Assembly (NCBI GenBank): GCA_026770705.1
Contig: JANJGN010000071.1
Location: forward strand, 744,001-808,000
Source of the DNA: Isurus oxyrinchus
Lineage: Eukaryota
Reading direction: 5' to 3'
DNA: 64,000 nucleotides
Shown: positions 36,471 to 48,850 of the stretch, piece after piece
Numbering within the stretch: position 1 is the first letter of the stretch
Layout of the letters: each line of letters opens with the position of its first letter
Made by a program: the position numbers and the translations under genes
Notes under the pieces: generated by a model
Database searches by the model: none
The model's input: only the letters and a program-made list of their open reading frames with translations
Told to the model about the DNA's origin: nothing

Positions 36471-37799
36471 AGGGAGACAGTCAGAGAGAGAGCCTCCAGG
36501 AGATGGAGATTGAGAGACAGACAGAGACTGAGAGAGGGAGAAGAGAGAAGGAGAGTGAGAGAGAGAGACAGAACAAGTGTGAAAGATGGAGGAAGGGAAG
36601 AGTGGGGAGGTGTTGGCCTGATGGTATTTTCACTGGACCAGTAATCCAGAGACCCAGTGTAATGCTCCTGGGACCCTGGTTAGAATCTCACCACAGTAGT
36701 TGGTGGAATTTGAACTCAATAAAATCCTGGAATTAAAAGTCCGATGATGACCAGGAAACCATTGCTGATTCTTGTATTTGGGTCACAAATGCCCTTTAGG
36801 GAGGGAAATCTGCTGTCCTTACCTGGTCTGGCCTACATGTGACTCCAGACCCACAGCAATGTGGTTCACTTTTAAAAAGTGGCCTCTGAACAAGGGCAAT
36901 TAGGGTTGGGCAATAAATGCTGGCCTAGGCAGTGATGTCCACATCACATGAAAGAATGAAATAAAAGGACAGAGAGGGACAGACAGAGTCGAGAGACACC
37001 CAGAATGAAAAAAACACAGTAAACACTGGAAAATAAACATTCTGGTCTGATCTGGTCTTGTATACCTTCAAATGGAACACCAGTAAAACAGGGAAATAAG
37101 AGTACTGGGCCAGAGGTCCAGGGGGCAGAGGTCATGCTTCAGTCTACATAAAGCCCTGGCTAGACCACACCTGGAATCACTGTGAGACATTCTGGGCCCC
37201 ACACCTTAGGAAGGATATATTGACCTCGGAGGGAGAGCAGTGTCAGTTTACCAGAATGAGACCGGGACTCCAAGGGTTAAATCACGAGGAGAGATTAAAC
37301 ACAAACTCGGCTTGTATTCCCTGGAAGTTAGAATGTTAAGCAGGAGATTTGATGAAAGTTCGCATGATATTAAGGGGAACAGATCGGGGGCGATAAAGAG
37401 AAACCATTTCCCCTGGTTGGGGGGAGTCTGGGACTCGGGATCAGAGCCTAAAAAGGAATTAAATTAGGAAGCACAAAGTGTGGGAGAAATTTGGAACTCT
37501 CTTCCCCAAACGGAAACTGATGCACGATCAAGTTGTTCATTTTAAACCTGTGAGACTGATAGATTTTTGTTATCCAAAGGTATTAAAGGAGATGGGACAA
37601 AGGCATATGGGGCTAGTTTGCAGATCAGCCATGAGCTCATTGAATGGTGGAGCAGGCTCGAGGGGCCAAATGGCCTCCTCCTACCCTTATGTAATAGAAA
37701 CTTACCTGTCAGAAGCCAGTTTATGTTGATGTGAGTCTGAGTCGATGACTGAACCCAGTTGGTAACTTGTTCCATACAAAGCAAGAACGTTCATGCCCT

Positions 37800-38295
37800 T
37801 CAATGTTCCTGGATAAACCATTAACAAAGCTGGTGACAGACAGTCTCCACATGGTAAACACTGACCGATCAACACATGACATGGCTGTTAACCCCTAAAC
37901 CTCAGCGTAAATCAGTTCCCCCTCGAGGCCCCTTGTCCAAAATAAAAGCAACGCACACAATTTGTAAAATAGTAAGTGTCTGGCAGGAAGGAGGAGCAAT
38001 GAGAGGAGTAAGGGGTTAGGGGGCGTGCGCTTCACCTGATTTGCCGACATAAGAACCAGCCCCTATGTTTTTGCTATGTTGTGTTGCATCAATATGAACA
38101 CATATTTGCACAAGGTGAAGGGCGTTGCGGAGGGACTGATAGTTCTCGGCGCCAGACAGTCAATGTCCCAGTGACCTTACTGCTGGTCCCAGGCCAGTGG
38201 GACAGGGAACATCGACACTGCAATATCCAGAAATGGGTGTGATACCACACAGCTACCCACCCGCGGCTGTCCCCTTCAAGTGTTTCAGGTATAAG
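37800..38295 (+). promoter_or_regulatory. Duplicate hepcidin promoter
   Basis: GGCGCC at 38148-38153, TATAAG at 38290-38295, TTGCATCA at ~38084 and TTGCACAA at ~38106. Confidence 0.5.
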
Positions 38296-38366
38296 AGCAA
38301 GAAGCTCCTCTAGTTACAAACCAAAGCATCAAAGCAGAGCCAGAAGATCAGAAGAGACAGGCAGAG

Positions 38367-40364
38367 ATGGGAAGCTCCCAGATGAAATGGCGACTTGTCT
38401 TGTTCACTCTGACTTTGCTGCTCTCCCTGCAGCTGAGTCACTTCTTCTCCTTGTCGAGGTTAAGCTAAGAGATGTCCCTCTGGGTGAGGTGTTTCTTGCA
38501 CATGACTCTACGTCTACCACCCAGATAGACTGGTCTCTTCCGCAGTTTGATATTATTATGTTCGTGCCTTTAATATTGTCGCCCTCTATGAATTTAACAT
38601 CATTTCCTTCTGTCATTTCCCCTGAAATTCTCATTCTTGTTTTCAATCCCTCCTCAGCAACTCCCTATCTCTGTAACCTCCTCCAGCCCCTACACCCCTC
38701 CCTATCTCTGTAACCTCCTCCAGCCCGTACAACCCTCCCTATCTCTGTAAACTCCTCCAGCCCCTACAACCCTCCCTATCTCTGTTACCTCCACCAGGCC
38801 TTACAACCCTCCCTATCTCTGTAACCTCTTCCAGCCCCTACACCCCTCCCTATCTATGTAACCTCCTACAGTCCCCACAACACTCCCTATCTCTGTAACC
38901 TCCCCCAGGCCCCACAACCCTCACGATCACTGTAACCTCCTCCAGACCCTACAACCCTCCCTATCTCTGTAACCTGCTCCAGACCCTACAACCCTCCCTA
39001 TCTCTGTAACCTGCTCCAGACCCTACAACCCTCCCTATCTCTGTAAAGTCCTCCAGGCCCCACAACCCTCACAATCACTGTAACCTCCTCCAGCCCCTAC
39101 AATCCTCCTGAACTCTATAACCTCCTCTCCACACTATAACTCTCCCTATCTCTGTAACCTACTGTGGCCCCTACAGCAGTGTCTATTTTGGTAACCTCCT
39201 CCAGCCTCTACAACCCTCCCTACATCTGTAACCTCCTCCAGCCCCCACAACCACCCCATCTCTGTAACCTCCTACAGCCCCTACACACCTCCCTACCTCT
39301 GTAACCTCCTCCAGCCCCCACAACTCCCCCATCTCTGTAACCTCCTACAGCCTCTACAACCCTCCCTATCTCTGTAACTTCCTACAGCCCTTACAACCCT
39401 CCCTATCTCTGTAACCTCCTACAGCCTCTACAGCCCTCCCTATTTCTGTAACCTCTTCCAGCCCCTACAACCCTCCCTATCTCTGTAACCTCCTACAGCC
39501 TCTACAACCCTCCCTATCTCTGTAACTTCCTACAGCCCTTACAACCCTCCCTTTCTCTGTAACCTCCTACAGCACCCACAACCCTACCTAAATCACTGGT
39601 CTGAGTCTCACTCCAGGGAATTCAGTCCCATAATGTAGATCAACGCTCCGTGCTGAGGGAGTGCTGCAATCTCAGAGGGTCAGTAGTGTGGAAGTGTTGC
39701 ACTATTGGAGGGACAGTACTGAGGGAGTGCTATACTGTCGGAGGTCAGTACTGAGGGAGTGCTGCAGTGTCAAAGGGTTAGTACTGAGGGAGCGATGCAC
39801 TGACGGAGGGACAATACTGTGGGAGTGCAGCACTATCGAAGGGTTAGTACTGAGCGAGTGCTGCAGTGTCAAAGGGTTAGTACTGAGGGAGCGCAACAAT
39901 GTTGAATGAGACATTAAACTGAGTCCCCCGTCTGCCCTCTCGGGCGGGTGTGAAAGATCCCACAGCCACTATTTGGAGGAAGAGCAGGGGGTGTTCTCCC
40001 CGGTGTCCTGGGACCAATATTTATCCCTCAACCAACATCACCAAAAACAGATGATCTAGGCCATGATCACATTGCTATTTGTGGGATCTTGCTGTGCACA
40101 AATCAGCTGCCACATTTCCTACAGTGTGAGTGCACTTCAAAAACATCCTTCAGTGGCTGTGAAATGCTTTGGGATGTGGTGAAAGGCGTTAGAGAAATGC
40201 AAGTCTGTCCTCCTCCCCCTCTCTCTCCTGTACCTCTCTCTCTCTCTCTCTCCCTCTCCCTCAATCCTCCTCTCACTTTCTCCCTGATAAATTCTTTCTT
40301 TTTGCAGGTTGACACTGCTTCAGGTTCTTCGACGATTGAGAAATCTGTGGATTCCCCGGACACG
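38367..40364 (+). pseudogene. hamp: Truncated hepcidin duplicate (exon 1 38367-38458, exon 2 40308-40364, no exon 3 found)
   Basis: Same signal-peptide exon and VDTASGSSTIEKSVDSPDT exon. Homology stops at ~41250, short of exon 3. Confidence 0.75.
38660..39590. repeat. 37-bp minisatellite (reverse orientation)
   Basis: Mirror of 4010-4790. Confidence 0.9.
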
Positions 40365-40679
40365 GTAGGTGGAAATTCATTCCTTATTTTAAGGTTTCTC
40401 CCTGCTCGTTTCTTCCACAGAAAGTTTTCTGATTTCAAGCTGATTTCAGTGGCAGTCTGTCTCGGTTATACTCAGGAGGCAGGTTTGAAATCGAGCCCCC
40501 CCCCCCCCTTTTTTTGCAAAGCTGGGAAGAGGCAATTCCAAGGAAGTGAACATATCCCCACAGGAATTTTAAATGTAACCCACGCCGGGAATAGTGAGAG
40601 GGAGACTGATCCAGCCTGGGAGTGGGTTAAAGAGAGGCTGGGAGTCGAGAGTCGGAGAGAGGGATGGAATGGGGGAGGG

Positions 40680-41105
40680 AGGGTCAGTACTGAGGGAGTG
40701 CTGCACAGTCGGAGGGTCAGTACTGAGGGAGTGCTGCATTGTCAGAGGGTTAGTACTGAGGGAGTGCTGCACTGTCAGAGGGTCAGTACTGAGGGAGTGC
40801 TGCATTGTCAGAGGGTCAGTCTTGAGGGAGTGCTGCACAGTCGAAGGGTCAGTACCGGCGGGGGGATGCACAGTTGGAGGGTCAGTGCTGAGGGAGTGCA
40901 GCATTGTCAGAGGGTCAGTTTTGAGGGAGTGTTGCACAGTCGGAGGGTCAGTACTGAGGGAGTGTTGCATTGTCAGAGGGTCAGTCTTGAGGGAGTGCTG
41001 CACTGTTGGAGGGTCAGTACTGAGGGTGTGCTACACTGTCAGAGGGTCAGTACTGAGGGAGTGCTGCACAGTCAGAGGGTCAGTACTGAGAGGGTGCTGC
41101 ATTGT
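40680..41105. repeat. 33-bp minisatellite
   Basis: Tandem units; they account for the long ORF 40089-41108. Confidence 0.9.
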
Positions 41106-42654
41106 TGAAGGCGCTGTCTTTCAGATAAGACATTAAACTGGGGCAACCAATCTGCCCTCTCAGGTGGATGTAGAGGATTCCATGGGTTATGTCCACTTTC
41201 CTGGGGCAAACATTTATCCCTCAACTGACATTGGTAAAAAACTGAAAATGGTCACCATTACTGAGACTAGCTTCGCATTCCAGAAGTCACATCCAGTCAT
41301 GGACAATTAAACTGGAGGAGGAGGCTCCACAAATATCCCCATCCTCAATGATGGAGGAGTCCAGCACGCCAGTGCAAAAGACAAGACTGAAGCATGCGCA
41401 ACAAAATGTATCAATCAATTAAATTTATTGATTAATCGAATTGAAATTCCTCCAGCTGCCGTGGTGGGATTTGAACCCGTGCCTTCAAAGCATTCACCTG
41501 GGCCTCTGGATCACTGGCCTAGTGCCATTCCCATTGTGCGACTGTCTGCTATCATCATGGCTCTTTCACATCGATGTGGAAGTCCTGATAACAGAAGCAT
41601 TGGACGAGGTACAGAAAGGTGACAAATCAGGAGCTCCATTGCTCAATATGAACGGATAATAAAGATAAATGAACATAAACCTTCCAGTCGCTAATTAGGG
41701 AGTCACTGTGGAGCCCATGAGTCCCTCGCAGCGCTATTGCAACCTTCTGGATCCCCAGTAGGGGACTCGGGGTGCAGCTGTGTCTTCCTCATCATTTGGA
41801 AAAGCCGGAATTGTTCGGGTGCCCCTTCAAACAGGCCGAAGATGCAGTGGGTGATGTCTCCCACAGGCCCTGGGAGACCTCCCCTGCCAATTTGTTTTGT
41901 AGCTTATTCTTCAACTGCGACATTGGATCGGCTTGAAAAAGGGTGAGGCTGAGGCAATACCACCAGGTAAGCTTCTATCCCCTCACACGTCACTCCCCCC
42001 CACCCCCGTAACAATCACAGTCCCTCCCATCGTGCTGGAGGAGCATAATGTGCACATTCCCCTCCTTCCAATCAGTCTCCTCCCTTCCTCTCTAATCCTT
42101 GATCTTATTGTGTTCGGGGTTGACATCCCAGTCCTCCTCCCTAGACTGTCTGATGTTGACATCCCAATGCCCCATGTAGACCTGACCTCTCTCCAACTAG
42201 AGGCCCATTGTACTGTGACTTACAGAGACCACCGGCCCCCCTCGATTCCCACCCCCACCCCTACTCTCTATATTACCTGCTCCCCACTGACAGGCTGCAG
42301 ATGCCTCCCCTGACTGGGATTGTGCCACCTGCGGCCTAGTATCAAGCCACCCACCCCCAGGACCGACGTGTGTGAGGGACTGACCACGTCCTGCACACCA
42401 TGCTGGGCACCACCAACCCAGGACTGCCAGGCTGTCCCCACCACACTGGACTGGGACTAGAATAGGCGTGCCAAGCACAGCTCTCTAAATCGTGGCGCAG
42501 ACCCACAGCACTCGCAATGTTTTGTGGCCCGAATCCTTGCTGAGGAACTGCCCAGCACTAAAAGCAAAACAACTGCAGATGCTGGAAATCCAAAACAGAA
42601 ACAGAAACAGAAATACCTGGAAAAACTCAGCAGGTCTGGCAGCATCGGCAGAGA

Positions 42655-44465
42655 AGTACTGAGGTAGTGCGGCACTGTCGGAGGTTCAGTACTGAGGGAG
42701 TGCTGCACTGTCGGAGGGTCTGAACTGAGGGAGTGCTGCACTGTCGGAGGCTCTGAACTGAGGGAGTGCTGCACTGTCGGAGGCTCTGAAATGAGGGAGT
42801 GCTGCACTGTCGGAGGGTTTGAACTGAGGGAGTGCTGCACTGTCGGAGGGTCTGAACTGAGGGAGTGCTGCACTGTTGGAGGGTCTGAAATGAGGGAGTG
42901 CTGCACTGATGGAGGGTCTGAACTGAGAGAGTGCTGCACTGTCGGAGGTTCTGAACTGAGGGAGTGCTGCACTGTCTGAGGGTTTGGACTGAGGGAGTGC
43001 TGCACAGTCGGAGGGTCTGAACTGAGGGAGTGCTGCACTGTCGGAGGGTTTGAACTGAGGGAGTGCTGCATTGTCGGAGGGTCTGATCTGAAGGAGTGCT
43101 GCACTGTAGGAGGGTCTGAACTGAGGGAGTGCTGCGCTGTTGGAGGGTCAGTACTGAGGGAGTGCTGCGCTGTCTAAAGAACATTGTACAAATTGCACAA
43201 AATTGCATCTGATGCCTGTGTCTCATGCTAACATGAAGTTCATGCACACAACAGGAATATTTCTCGCTGTTTCTCGACAGCAAGACAGCTTTGATATCAC
43301 ACCAGCCACTGGCAAGTTTGTGCAGCTACAATGTGACATGTTTACATTGGAAATTTCTATTATAAAGATGGACAGAGGAATTCATCTGATTGGAAAACGT
43401 GACAACATGAAGTAATGTCTTTGAGCCAAGAATTTTGCAGCAAAATAAGAATTTTAATCTTTAAATATCTACAGAACAGCCTGAACTTTTTAATCACTTG
43501 TGTTAATCAATGTAATTTTATTCATAACCCAAATGCTTCTTACAATCTATCGCAGCATGAAAAAGGTGCAGCATTCAGAAAGCACATTCCAATCAGAGAA
43601 CAGAGTTTAGCAACGTCACATTTCTGTTCATTCCTATTTGACCATGTTGGCTGCACACAGCCAGACAATGCCGTGGTTATTATCTGTCCACACAGCAGGA
43701 CTGGGGAGCACCAGGTATAAGGAGAAGTTTCAGCTTGCTGAGGAGAAGAAGGAGAATCTTTCGTTCCAGGATTCTCTCCGTACATTAAGAAGCAGGCATG
43801 CCGATGTTTCATTGCACTCTGTCTGCTGATGGGAGTCCGCTTGGAAATTGCTGTTTGTGCTGATGGAAAGAATAAGCTTTTCATAAATCGAAGGATTGAG
43901 AACAAACACAGGGAGGTTATGCTGAACATTTATAAAGCTCTGCTTAGGTCACAACTAGAGTATTGTGTCCAGTTCTGGTCTCCTCACTTTGGGAAGGAAG
44001 TGAGGGTCCTTGAGAGGGTGGGGAGGAGATTGAGCAGAATGGGTCCAGGGATGAGGGATTTTAGCTACAAGGTTGGGTTGGAGAAGCTGGGGTTGTTCTC
44101 CTTGGAGCAAAGGAGATTGAGGGGGGATCTGATCGAGGTGTACAAGATGATGATGGGTTTAGATAAGGCAGACAAAGAGAAGCTGTTGCCATTAGCTGAT
44201 GGGACAAGGACTGGGGGACACAGATTGAAGATTTTGGGCAGAGGGGGGATGTGAGGAGGAACTTTTTTACACAGCGAGTGGTAATGAGCTGGAACTCGCT
44301 GCCTACGAGGATGGTGGAAGCGGAGACGATGAACAATTTCAAAAGGAAATTGGATGGACACTTGAGGGGAAATAAACTTGCAGGGATACGGGGATAGAGC
44401 GGGGGAATGGGACTGAGTGGATTGCTCTACAGAGAGACAACATGGACTCAATGGGCTGAATGGTC
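42655..44465. repeat. Left arm of a second inverted duplication (partner ~62600-64000): minisatellite, receptor 3'-UTR-like block and CR1
   Basis: Mirror ORFs 43829-44254 vs 62818-63243 and 43415-43720 vs 63352-63657. Confidence 0.9.
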
Positions 44466-44470
44466 TCCCA
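43865..44470 (+). mobile_element. CR1 LINE 3' fragment
   Basis: YKALLRSQLEYCVQFWSPH...LGLFSLEQRRLRGDLIEVYK. Confidence 0.88.
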
Positions 44471-44598
44471 CTGTCCTGGAATGCCTCTCTGATACGAAGG
44501 TGATTCTAACCAGGACACTGACCAGTTTCATTACACTTAACCCAACATCACACGTTATTTGTCCGCACTGACTGACCAGATTGTTGCTGTACAAAGCT

Positions 44599-44738
44599 TC
44601 AAACAGTCTGTCGACTTCCTTTCACTGTTTGTCTCTCCCAGACACAGACTCCAGCGATAGTGATAACCACAGCCACAAGGAATATCACAGCTCGTATTCC
44701 CAGGATCAGGATCACGTGCAGAATCTCTCCTCCACTGT
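44599..44738 (-). CDS. Terminal TM exon of an activating-type receptor (Arg in TM, short tail without Tyr)
   Basis: gttctctag|AC, phase 1. Reads SGGEILHVILILGIRAVIFLVAVVITIAGVCVWERQTVKGSRQTV*. The exon itself is intact but the upstream exons are disabled. Confidence 0.8.
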
Positions 44739-46401
44739 CTAGAGAACACACAGAAAGAAATCATCACTGACTCTCCGCTTTCAATCTCTCACTCTGGCTG
44801 AACAATCAAGCTTCATATCACTGCAACATTTGCTGTAATATTGACCCATCCACTGGGATTCAATGTGGAATGAATGTTTTCATTGTAAACACTCTAAGAG
44901 TGGACAATCGGAACTTTCCCCTTAGCGTGGAACATTGGTGAGAATGGATCATTGTGCTGTTGGACTCCCAGTCCAATGTTTCTCTCCATCACTGTGTACA
45001 GGATTGTGCTGTAGAAAATTCTGGAAACGTTTAGTGCAGGGTTGAAATCCATCTCGGACGTGTGTGCGAATCGGGCAGGATCGAGATGGACTCCCCCACG
45101 GACTTACACCCCCCGCTTAATAAACAGTTCCAATCTTTACCCAGAGAGAGGGGAGAATGTGGAACTCGATCCCACAAGGAGTGGTTGAGGTGAACAGTAT
45201 CGATGTATTTAAGGGGCAGGAGGGTCGGTAACCAGAGGGACACAGATTGACGAACCGGAGGGGGAGATGAGGAGAATTTGTTTTGACAGAGCGAGTTGTT
45301 GTGATCTGGAAGGTGCTGCCTGAAAGGGCGGTGGAAGCAGATTCAATAGGAACTTTCAAAAGGGAAATTGGATAAACACTTGAAGGAGGAAGATGGGGGC
45401 AAAGTGGAGTGGTGGTTAGTGGATCTGATTGGATAGAACATTGAAAGACCTGGCACAGGCACAATGGGCTGAATGGCCTCCTCCTGTGCTGTATCATTCT
45501 CCGCTTCCATGATCTCTCCCCCAGTCAGTAACCACTCCAGATCCCTCTTGAAGGCAACAGAGAAACAGGAACTACCACACCCACTGACAGCACATTCCCG
45601 AGGATCACTACTCTCTGGGAAAAGATGAACTCCCCAACATCCAGCCTATTCCTGCTTCCCGGAGAGTGTAAACCCTTCAGGGAGGCACTGAGGAAGTTTT
45701 CAATAAAATGAATTATCAAATCTACCGTTTGAGAAATAATTGAATTCCGATGAACTCCCAGCTTGTGTAGCAAACTGGGAAGTAGATTTGCTTGAAAAGC
45801 TGGGAAACACAAGGATTAAGTGCTACAATGCCACCACTGGTGGGAGGCTGTAACTACAGTGTGACGTTTACATAGGCAGTCATCACTATAAACAGGGGCT
45901 TTGGACATAATGGTCACGGAAATAGTGAGAACAGGATGTAAGCTTTTCATCAGCAGGAATTCTCTTACTAAACCTCTCCACCTCTCTCTTACTCTCAGAT
46001 TCACAAAAAAATCACATAATCAGATAAAGAGGAGTTGGGACTATTTATTCGTCAAAGGGTTAGGTTTCAGGTAGCTCCTTAAAGGGAGAGAGAGAGTTGG
46101 AGAAGCAAAGAGTATCTATGAGTGCCTCTATGCATCTGAGTGTTTGTACGAGTAATTTCCATATTCTTCCATAAATATGAATGGGAACACAAATCCCAGA
46201 ATTCAGCCCACGCTCCAGTGCAGTGCTGAGGGAGGTCAGGTAACCCATGAGGGAGTCTTGTGCTAGTGTGTTTGTTTGTGAGTGTGTCTTTGTGTGTGGT
46301 CATATATGTGTGTCTGCACGTGTCTATTTAGGTCTGTACGTTTGAGGGTGTTTGTGTAGTATTCGAATCTGAGAGAGATGTTGAAGTCTGTGTACACTCA
46401 C

Positions 46402-46555
46402 ATTCCACAGTAATGGTTATGAACCCCTCCACTGCTCCATGTTCATTCTCTGCCACACACTGATAGTCTCCAGTGTCCCTGGATGTAACGTGAGGAATCA
46501 CCAACCACAGCTCATTGTTGGAACTTCTTCTGTTCATTGGGACATTAAGATGTCA
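46402..46555 (-). pseudogene. 5'-truncated C2-set exon
   Basis: HLNVPMNRRSSNNELWLVIPHVTSRDTGDYQCVAENEHG..TVE|gtgagt. The first half is replaced by unrelated sequence, and intron homology to ~56262 resumes at ~46740. Confidence 0.85.
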
Positions 46556-47077
46556 GGGAGGGAATCAAGAACCCCGTATGCACAATTACCAACAGAAAGT
46601 GAACAACAATTTATACTTAATGGGAAGACAGTGCTGATTGGTTGGCAAGTGGTCTCTGATAGGTGGAGGTGTTGCCGTGGAGAATGGTGTGTGCGAGATG
46701 TAAAGTTTAGACAGCTTGTCTCTTCATTCAGCAATAATCAAATAAAGATCAATTAACTTCTATCGACTGTGAAGCATTTTGAGAGGTCTGAGAATGTGGA
46801 TACTGAGAACAGGCTGCACTGTCAGAGGGTCAGCGCTGAGGGAGTGCTGATGTAGAATGAAAGATGTCGGTACAGTTAATGCTTTTCATCATTGATATTA
46901 AAGTGATTTTTAGAGGTTGCTTTAGGACTGAACTGGAAGCTATCACCAGGTTATTGAGAATCAGACAGTGTGTTATAATAAGCTGTGTTTTGTGTTATTA
47001 TGTAAACGTCACAGTTTGTGTTATTTCCCATTGAGTGTTGGATGTGAATTGTTGAGTAATTATAACACAGCACTTAC

Positions 47078-47451
47078 CAGAAACGTCAAGCTGGGTTACA
47101 GGATACTAGCTGTAACTATTCCTGCTGTCAAACTCTATTCTGAAAAAATAAGGTCCTGCATCTTCCCGTCTGATGTTGTTTATAATCAGGGAACAGTCGC
47201 CATCTTTCTGGTCTCCAGACAGCCGGGTCCGATGGCGGAATCTTTGATCCCTGTGACTGTGACCCTCGGAGTGAAAGGCTATAGACCATTTAGGCTGTGG
47301 GTTCCCATCTATTCCTTTCAACCAGATTCCGCACGTGATCTCCCTACGAAATTTGATAAGTAACTGGAATGACATGGAATCGGTACACATGAACCTTCCT
47401 GTGCTGTCACCTCTCGTGGAGTGTCACCTTTCCACTCTTGTGACAGTCCAA
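47078..47451 (-). pseudogene. Siglec V-set exon with a frameshift and a nonsense codon
   Basis: EVTAQEGSCVPIPCH../GIWLK..FRHRTRLSGDQKDGDCSLIINNIRREDAGPYFFRIEFD. The essential Arg is present, but there is a frameshift at ~47330 and TAG at 47108-47106. Splice sites ccccag| and |gtaagt. Confidence 0.9.
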
Positions 47452-48154
47452 CTGGGGAGAGAAATATCAACATTTGACTCTGGATAGTTTGTAGATCCAC
47501 TAGACTCGATATCCACCCCCTCCATCACTGGGGCACAGTGGCTGCAGTGTGGACCATCTACAGGACACACAAGGAACTCCCCAAGGTTTCACAACGGATG
47601 GAACAGAACCCTGGACACAGGAGTGGACAATTTCATTCTACATTGGCTCATGGTCCTCAGGACCCTGTGTAGTGAAGCCAGTCTTCCACCCAACACAGTG
47701 TCCACAAGATACACAGGGAAACTGTGTAAATATCTCATCTCTCAACACTGAATGGGCTGAGCTTCAGTTTAACTTTCAGTATTGTTAAATTTCCTTATTG
47801 TGGTTGCTATGGTGAAACTGTGCAGGAAGTGTGAGGGCTGGACTCTCTGTCTATTCTCACTGCAGCTGTGATGTGGTCGTGGTGATTCTCAGTAAAATGA
47901 AACCCTCTGATCTCCTCAATCCCCGAGGTTTAGGGAGTGAATTCCAGAGCTCAGGCCCCAGGCAGCTGAAGGCACGGCCACCAGTATTGGAGTGATGGGA
48001 ATTGGGGGATGGTCAAGAGGCCGGAATTGGAGTAACACAGAGATCTGGGAAGTTGTTTGGGTGAGTTGCAGGAGGTTACAGAGATAAAGAGATAAGAATG
48101 ATCTTTTACAAAGACTGTTAAACATAAATCTGTCCAAGCTGACGATGATATTAC

Positions 48155-48215
48155 CTTGGAGAAGTGACAAGAGGAAGTAGACTTCCCGATCATTGTCCAC
48201 TCCCAGATATTCCAT
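48155..48215 (-). pseudogene. Leader exon of the activating-type gene
   Basis: ..VYFLLSLLQG|gtaata, phase 1. The natural-looking ATG (MIGK) is 1 nt out of frame; an upstream ATG at 48215 is in frame but gives an acidic N-terminus. Confidence 0.65.
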
Positions 48216-48643
48216 CCACTTCTCACTCTCAAGCTGTGAAAGAGAAAGGAGTTAATGAGACCTCACCTCTTGTCCAGCACCTTTCGAGAGATCAGAACTG
48301 CTTTTAGACAATGTCTTCACAGACTAATTTGATTCTCTGTGGGATGATAGGTGCTCTGCAGAGAGTTACAAGGCTTTAAGAAAGACAAACAATGAAGGAT
48401 TTGCATTTCTATAGCACCTTTCACCACCTCAGGACATCCCAAAGCTCATGTCTCTGCACTTCCCTCATCCCCTGAGCTAGAAAGATGTTCTGTACAACAG
48501 ACTTGAGCCTCACACCCAGATCTCAATAACCAGTAGAAATCTTTCAAAGACATCATTCATTGGAATCTCTCTTTATAAAGTCACAACATCAACAAAGGAC
48601 GGTGTTGGTGGTGGAAGTGAATTCCAATCGTTCCGTTACTTAC

Positions 48644-48850
48644 CCAGGACCTGTCCGACTGCTCGCCTGGGGAGGAACTGCCCACACGCTCTGCTTGGGC
48701 TGAATGACCTCTTCCTGTGCTGCTCCCTCTGTGTATTTAATGAGAAAGGGTTGATGTGTCTCTGTGAGACAAAATGAGGAAGTTGGATCAAAGTGACAGA
48801 GCAGCTCATGTTTTGAGATGTTGGTGAACTGTTAACCCTTTGTGTCCTGA
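48644..48850 (-). promoter_or_regulatory. Putative promoter plus non-coding first exon (copies at 49292-49500 and 53769-53990)
   Basis: Strong donor gtaagtaa, an Ets/PU.1-like GAGGAAGT, an AT-rich TATA-like element, and an AP-1 site TGAGTCA in two of the copies. Confidence 0.45.

Larger units (their letters stand above)
28790..41250. repeat. Right arm of the large inverted segmental duplication
   Basis: Reverse complement of ~1130-15180, lacking the equivalents of ~1590-2950 and ~6340-6790. The inner end is closest to 17030-17380. Confidence 0.92.

Noticed and set aside
40089-41108. 339-aa ORF with repeated Cys/His, zinc-finger-like (also 42457-43283)
   Set aside because: Read-through of SINE, intron and the 33-bp minisatellite, which has stop-free frames.
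41700-41960. Minus-strand peptide CIFGLFEGAPEQFRLF, faintly globin-like
   Set aside because: Short, with no supporting exons or splice sites; probably chance or a decayed transposon.
10186-47451. Rearranging Ig/TCR/IgNAR V segments
   Set aside because: The V exons have the Siglec Cys pattern (CxxxPC plus E-strand Cys, no canonical F-strand YYC), and I saw no heptamer-spacer-nonamer signals or J segments.
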